DNA from: a virus
Taxonomy: Duplodnaviria; Heunggongvirae; Uroviricota; Caudoviricetes
Reading direction: 5' to 3' (one strand)
DNA length: 29,797 nt
Virus record (IMG/VR): IMGVR_UViG_2671180378_000015
The position numbers were made by a program, and so were the translations under genes. The notes under the pieces are model-generated. The model did no database searches, was not told the DNA's origin, and saw nothing but the letters and a program-made list of their open reading frames with translations. Of this stretch, positions 26,081-29,797 are shown one piece after another. Within the stretch, counting starts at the first letter, position 1. The number at the start of each line of letters is the position of its first letter.

Positions 26081-29000
26081 ATGGGTAAAGGCAGCAGTAA
26101 GGGGCATACTCCGCGCGAAGCGAAGGACAACCTGAAGTCCACGCAGTTGCTGAGTGTGATCGATGCCATCAGCGAAGGGCCGATTGAAGGTCCGGTGGAT
26201 GGATTAAAAAGCGTGCTGCTGAACAGTACGCCAGTGCTGGACACTGAGGGGAATACCAACATCTCCGGCGTCACGGTGGTGTTCCGGGCCGGTGAGCAGG
26301 AGCAGACACCGCCGGAGGGATTTGAATCCTCCGGATCCGAGACGGTGCTGGGGACGGAAGTGAAATACGACACGCCGATCACCCGGACCATCACGTCGGC
26401 AAACATCGACCGTCTGCGCTTTACCTTCGGTGTGCAGGCACTGGTGGAAACCACCTCAAAGGGGGACAGGAATCCATCGGAAGTCCGCCTGCTGGTTCAG
26501 ATACAACGTAACGGTGGCTGGGTGACGGAAAAAGACATCACCATTAAAGGCAAAACCACCTCGCAGTACTTGGCCTCTGTGGTGGTGGATAACCTGCCGC
26601 CGCGCCCGTTCAGTATCCGGATGCGCAGGATGACGCCGGACAGCACCACAGACCAGCTGCAGAACAAAACGCTCTGGTCGTCATACACCGAAATCATCGA
26701 TGTGAAACAGTGCTACCCGAACACGGCACTGGTCGGCGTACAGGTGGATTCGGAGCAGTTCGGCAGCCAGCAGGTGAGCCGTAATTATCATCTGCGCGGG
26801 CGTATTCTGCAGGTGCCGTCGAATTATAACCCGCAGACGCGACAATACAGCGGTATCTGGGACGGAACGTTAAAACCGGCATACAGCAACAACATGGCCT
26901 GGTGTCTGTGGGATATGCTTACCCATCCGCGCTACGGCATGGGGAAACGTCTTGGTGCGGCGGATGTGGATAAATGGGCGCTGTATGTCATCGGCCAGAA
27001 TTGCGACCAGTCAGTGCCGGACGGCTTTGGCGGCACGGAGCCGCGCATCACCTGTAATGCGTACCTGACCACACAGCGCAAGGCGTGGGACGTTCTCAGT
27101 GATTTCTGCTCGGCGATGCGCTGTATGCCGGTATGGAACGGGCAGACGCTGACGTTCGTGCAGAACCGACCGTCGGATAAGGCGTGGACCTATAACCGCA
27201 GTAATGTGGTGATGCCGGATGATGGCGCGCCGTTCCGCTACAGCTTCAGCGCCCTGAAAGACCGCCATAATGCCGTTGAGGTGAACTGGATTGACCCGAA
27301 CAACGGCTGGGAGACGGCGACAGAGCTTGTTGAAGATACGCAGGCCATTGCCCGTTACGGTCGTAATGTTACGAAGATGGATGCCTTTGGCTGTACCAGC
27401 CGGGGGCAGGCACACCGCGCCGGGCTGTGGCTGATTAAAACGGAGCTGCTGGAGACGCAGACCGTGGATTTCAGCGTCGGCGCAGAAGGGCTTCGCCATG
27501 TACCGGGCGATGTTATTGAAATCTGCGATGATGACTATGCCGGTATCAGCACCGGTGGTCGTGTGCTGGCGGTGAACAGCCAGACCCGGACGCTGACGCT
27601 CGACCGTGAAATCACGCTGCCATCCTCCGGTACCACGCTGATAAGCCTGGTTGACGGAAGTGGCAATCCGGTCAGCGTGGAGGTTCAGTCCGTCACCGAC
27701 GGCGTGAAGGTAAAAGTGAGCCGTGTTCCTGAGGGTGTTGCTGAATACAGCGTATGGGGGCTGAAGCTGCCGACGCTGCGCCAGCGCCTGTTCCGCTGCG
27801 TGAGTATCCGTGAGAACGACGACGGCACGTATGCCATCACCGCCGTGCAGCATGTGCCGGAAAAAGAGGCCATCGTGGATAACGGGGCGCACTTTGACGG
27901 CGAACAGAGTGGCACGGTGAATGGTGTCACGCCGCCAGCGGTGCAGCACCTGACCGCAGAAGTCACTGCAGACAGCGGGGAATATCAGGTGCTGGCGCGA
28001 TGGGACACACCGAAGGTGGTGAAGGGCGTGAGCTTCCTGCTCCGTCTGACCGTAACAGCGGACGACGGCAGTGAGCGGCTGGTCAGCACGGCCCGGACGA
28101 CGGAAACCACATACCGCTTCACGCAACTGGCGCTGGGGAACTACAGGCTGACAGTCCGGGCGGTAAATGCGTGGGGGCAGCAGGGCGATGCGGCGTCGGT
28201 ATCGTTCCGGATTGCCGCACCGGCAGCACCGTCGAGGATTGAGCTGACGCCGGGCTATTTTCAGATAACCGCCACGCCGCATCTTGCCATTTATGACCCG
28301 ACGGTACAGTTTGAGTTCTGGTTCTCGGAAAAGCGGATTACCGATATCAGGCAGGTTGAAACCACAGCCCGCTATCTTGGCACGGCGCTGTACTGGATAG
28401 CCGCCAGTATCAATATCAAACCGGGCCATGATTATTACTTTTATATCCGCAGTGTGAACACTGTTGGCAAATCGGCATTTGTGGAGGCTGTCGGTCGGGC
28501 GAGCGATGATGCGGAAGGTTACCTGGATTTTTTCAAAGGCCAGATAACCGAATCCCATCTCGGCAAGGAGCTGCTGGAAAAAGTCGAGCTGACGGAGGAT
28601 AACGCCAGCAAACTGGAGGAGTTTTCGAAAGAGTGGAAAGACGCCAACGATAAATGGAATGCCATGTGGGGCGTCAAAATTGAGCAGACCAAAGACGGCA
28701 AACATTATGTCGCGGGTATTGGCCTCAGCATGGAGGACACGGAGGAAGGCAAGCTGAGCCAGTTTCTGGTTGCCGCTAACCGTATCGCGTTTATTGACCC
28801 GGCAAACGGGAATGAAACGCCGATGTTTGTGGCGCAGGGCAACCAGATATTCATGAACGACGTGTTCCTGAAGCGCCTGACGGCCCCCACCATTACCAGC
28901 GGTGGCAGTCCTCCGGTATTTTCCCTGACATCAGACGGAAAGCTGACCGCTAAAAATGCGGATATCAGTGGCAGTGTGAATGCGAACTCAGGAACGCTCA

Positions 29001-29494
29001 ACAATGTCACGATTAACCAGAACTGTACGATTAAGGGCATGCTGGAGGCGACCCAGGTCAGAGGGGATTTCGTTAAAGCTGTATCAAAAGCCTTCCCGAA
29101 AAAAGTCGGTACGTGGGGTAACACGGAAACACCAAACGGTACGGTTACAGTCACCATCAGCGATGATCATAACTTTGACCGCCAGATTATTATTCCGCCC
29201 ATTATTTTTAACGGTATAGCGTATGACGATCCGGGGAGCGGAAATAACCCAGGAGGCACGCGATACACGGGTTATGGTTTTGAAGTTCGCAAAAACGGCG
29301 TATTAATCGCATCCAGAGAAACTAAAGGGGCCATTCCCGGTAGTTACAGTGCAGTTATTGATATGCCTAGTGGTGGTGGTAGCGTCACTCTGGAGTTTAA
29401 GATTTTCCAGAAAGGCAATCAGGGGGCAGGCAATATCACCGATTGTACGGTGATTGTGACCAAAAAAGCTGCTTCCGGCATCAGTATTCGTTGA
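26081..29494 (+). CDS. Central tail fibre / host specificity protein J (lambda gpJ-like), about 1137 aa
   Basis: Start [21 protein letters not shown] as lambda J; length and position; fibronectin-like repeats in the middle. Confidence 0.9.
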   Translation: MGKGSSKGHTPREAKDNLKSTQLLSVIDAISEGPIEGPVDGLKSVLLNSTPVLDTEGNTNISGVTVVFRAGEQEQTPPEGFESSGSETVLGTEVKYDTPITRTITSANIDRLRFTFGVQALVETTSKGDRNPSEVRLLVQIQRNGGWVTEKDITIKGKTTSQYLASVVVDNLPPRPFSIRMRRMTPDSTTDQLQNKTLWSSYTEIIDVKQCYPNTALVGVQVDSEQFGSQQVSRNYHLRGRILQVPSNYNPQTRQYSGIWDGTLKPAYSNNMAWCLWDMLTHPRYGMGKRLGAADVDKWALYVIGQNCDQSVPDGFGGTEPRITCNAYLTTQRKAWDVLSDFCSAMRCMPVWNGQTLTFVQNRPSDKAWTYNRSNVVMPDDGAPFRYSFSALKDRHNAVEVNWIDPNNGWETATELVEDTQAIARYGRNVTKMDAFGCTSRGQAHRAGLWLIKTELLETQTVDFSVGAEGLRHVPGDVIEICDDDYAGISTGGRVLAVNSQTRTLTLDREITLPSSGTTLISLVDGSGNPVSVEVQSVTDGVKVKVSRVPEGVAEYSVWGLKLPTLRQRLFRCVSIRENDDGTYAITAVQHVPEKEAIVDNGAHFDGEQSGTVNGVTPPAVQHLTAEVTADSGEYQVLARWDTPKVVKGVSFLLRLTVTADDGSERLVSTARTTETTYRFTQLALGNYRLTVRAVNAWGQQGDAASVSFRIAAPAAPSRIELTPGYFQITATPHLAIYDPTVQFEFWFSEKRITDIRQVETTARYLGTALYWIAASINIKPGHDYYFYIRSVNTVGKSAFVEAVGRASDDAEGYLDFFKGQITESHLGKELLEKVELTEDNASKLEEFSKEWKDANDKWNAMWGVKIEQTKDGKHYVAGIGLSMEDTEEGKLSQFLVAANRIAFIDPANGNETPMFVAQGNQIFMNDVFLKRLTAPTITSGGSPPVFSLTSDGKLTAKNADISGSVNANSGTLNNVTINQNCTIKGMLEATQVRGDFVKAVSKAFPKKVGTWGNTETPNGTVTVTISDDHNFDRQIIIPPIIFNGIAYDDPGSGNNPGGTRYTGYGFEVRKNGVLIASRETKGAIPGSYSAVIDMPSGGGSVTLEFKIFQKGNQGAGNITDCTVIVTKKAASGISIR

Positions 29495-29516
29495 AATATT
29501 TATAACCCCAATAAAG

Positions 29517-29540
29517 GGCGTCAGGAATGACGCCTTTTTT
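29517..29540 (+). terminator. Rho-independent terminator after J
   Basis: ggcgtca ggaa tgacgcc followed by tttttt. Confidence 0.65.
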
Positions 29541-29564
29541 ATTGCAGAAAAGCGAGAGGTAATT

Positions 29565-29797
29565 ATGCGTAAAGTTTGTGCAGCCATTTTGTCCGCAGCC
29601 ATCTGTCTGGCCGTATCCGGTGCGCCTGCATGGGCGTCTGAGCAGCAGGCCACGCAGAGCGCGGGGTATCTTCATGTCTCGACGAACGTTCCTGGCAGCG
29701 ATGAACTGAACGGGATTAACGTGAAATACCGTTATGAGTTTACGGACACACTGGGGATGGTGACGTCGTTCAGCTATGCAGGAGACAAGAATCGCCA
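29565..29797 (+). CDS. lom: Lom-like outer-membrane protein (Ail/Lom family), 5' part only (runs off window end)
   Basis: MRKVCAAILSAAICLAVSGAPAWASEQQATQSAGYLHVSTNVPGSDELNGINVKYRYEFTDTLGMVTSFSY: signal peptide plus beta-barrel start matching lambda Lom. Confidence 0.8.
   Translation, partial: MRKVCAAILSAAICLAVSGAPAWASEQQATQSAGYLHVSTNVPGSDELNGINVKYRYEFTDTLGMVTSFSYAGDKNR

Noticed and set aside
27011-28705. 564-aa ORF on the minus strand inside the J gene
   Set aside because: Fully antisense to the well-supported J coding sequence; long antisense open frames are expected in GC-rich coding DNA; no RBS or recognisable protein features.

Overview
This 29.8-kb window is an internal segment of a lambdoid prophage in an Escherichia coli-type chromosome. 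Gene content and order match a more complete relative of the cryptic Qin prophage of K-12, read here in the opposite orientation. Left to right: the 3' tail of a transposase/integrase-like ORF; a nin-like accessory region (flxA with a sigma28 promoter, ydfV, the relB-relE-hokD toxin-antitoxin operon, rem, an unnamed 92-codon ORF translationally coupled to ydfU); the late antiterminator quuQ followed by a candidate late promoter and terminator; cold-shock paralogs cspF and cspB sitting as morons ahead of a phage-21-type lysis cassette (pinholin essQ, ydfR, SAR endolysin rrrQ, nested spanins rzpQ/rzoQ); cspI plus several small accessory ORFs (gnsB-like, ydfO, Cys-rich mini-ORFs); a lambda-like cos site; then a GC-richer, apparently intact morphogenesis operon (small and large terminase, W-like protein, portal, ClpP-type protease fused to major capsid protein, head completion proteins, lambda-type tail genes Z-U-V-G-T-H-M-L-K-I-J) ending in a truncated lom. 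No rRNA, tRNA or CRISPR array was seen. I could not identify a clearly new multi-gene system with confidence. The best candidates for undescribed or under-annotated biology are two Cys-rich mini-ORFs flanking the csp genes (both absent from the ORF track), the orf92-ydfU coupled pair, the small convergent ORFs just upstream of cos, and the C-terminal receptor-binding part of J. All protein family calls rest on remembered sequence and motif recognition, not on database searches.
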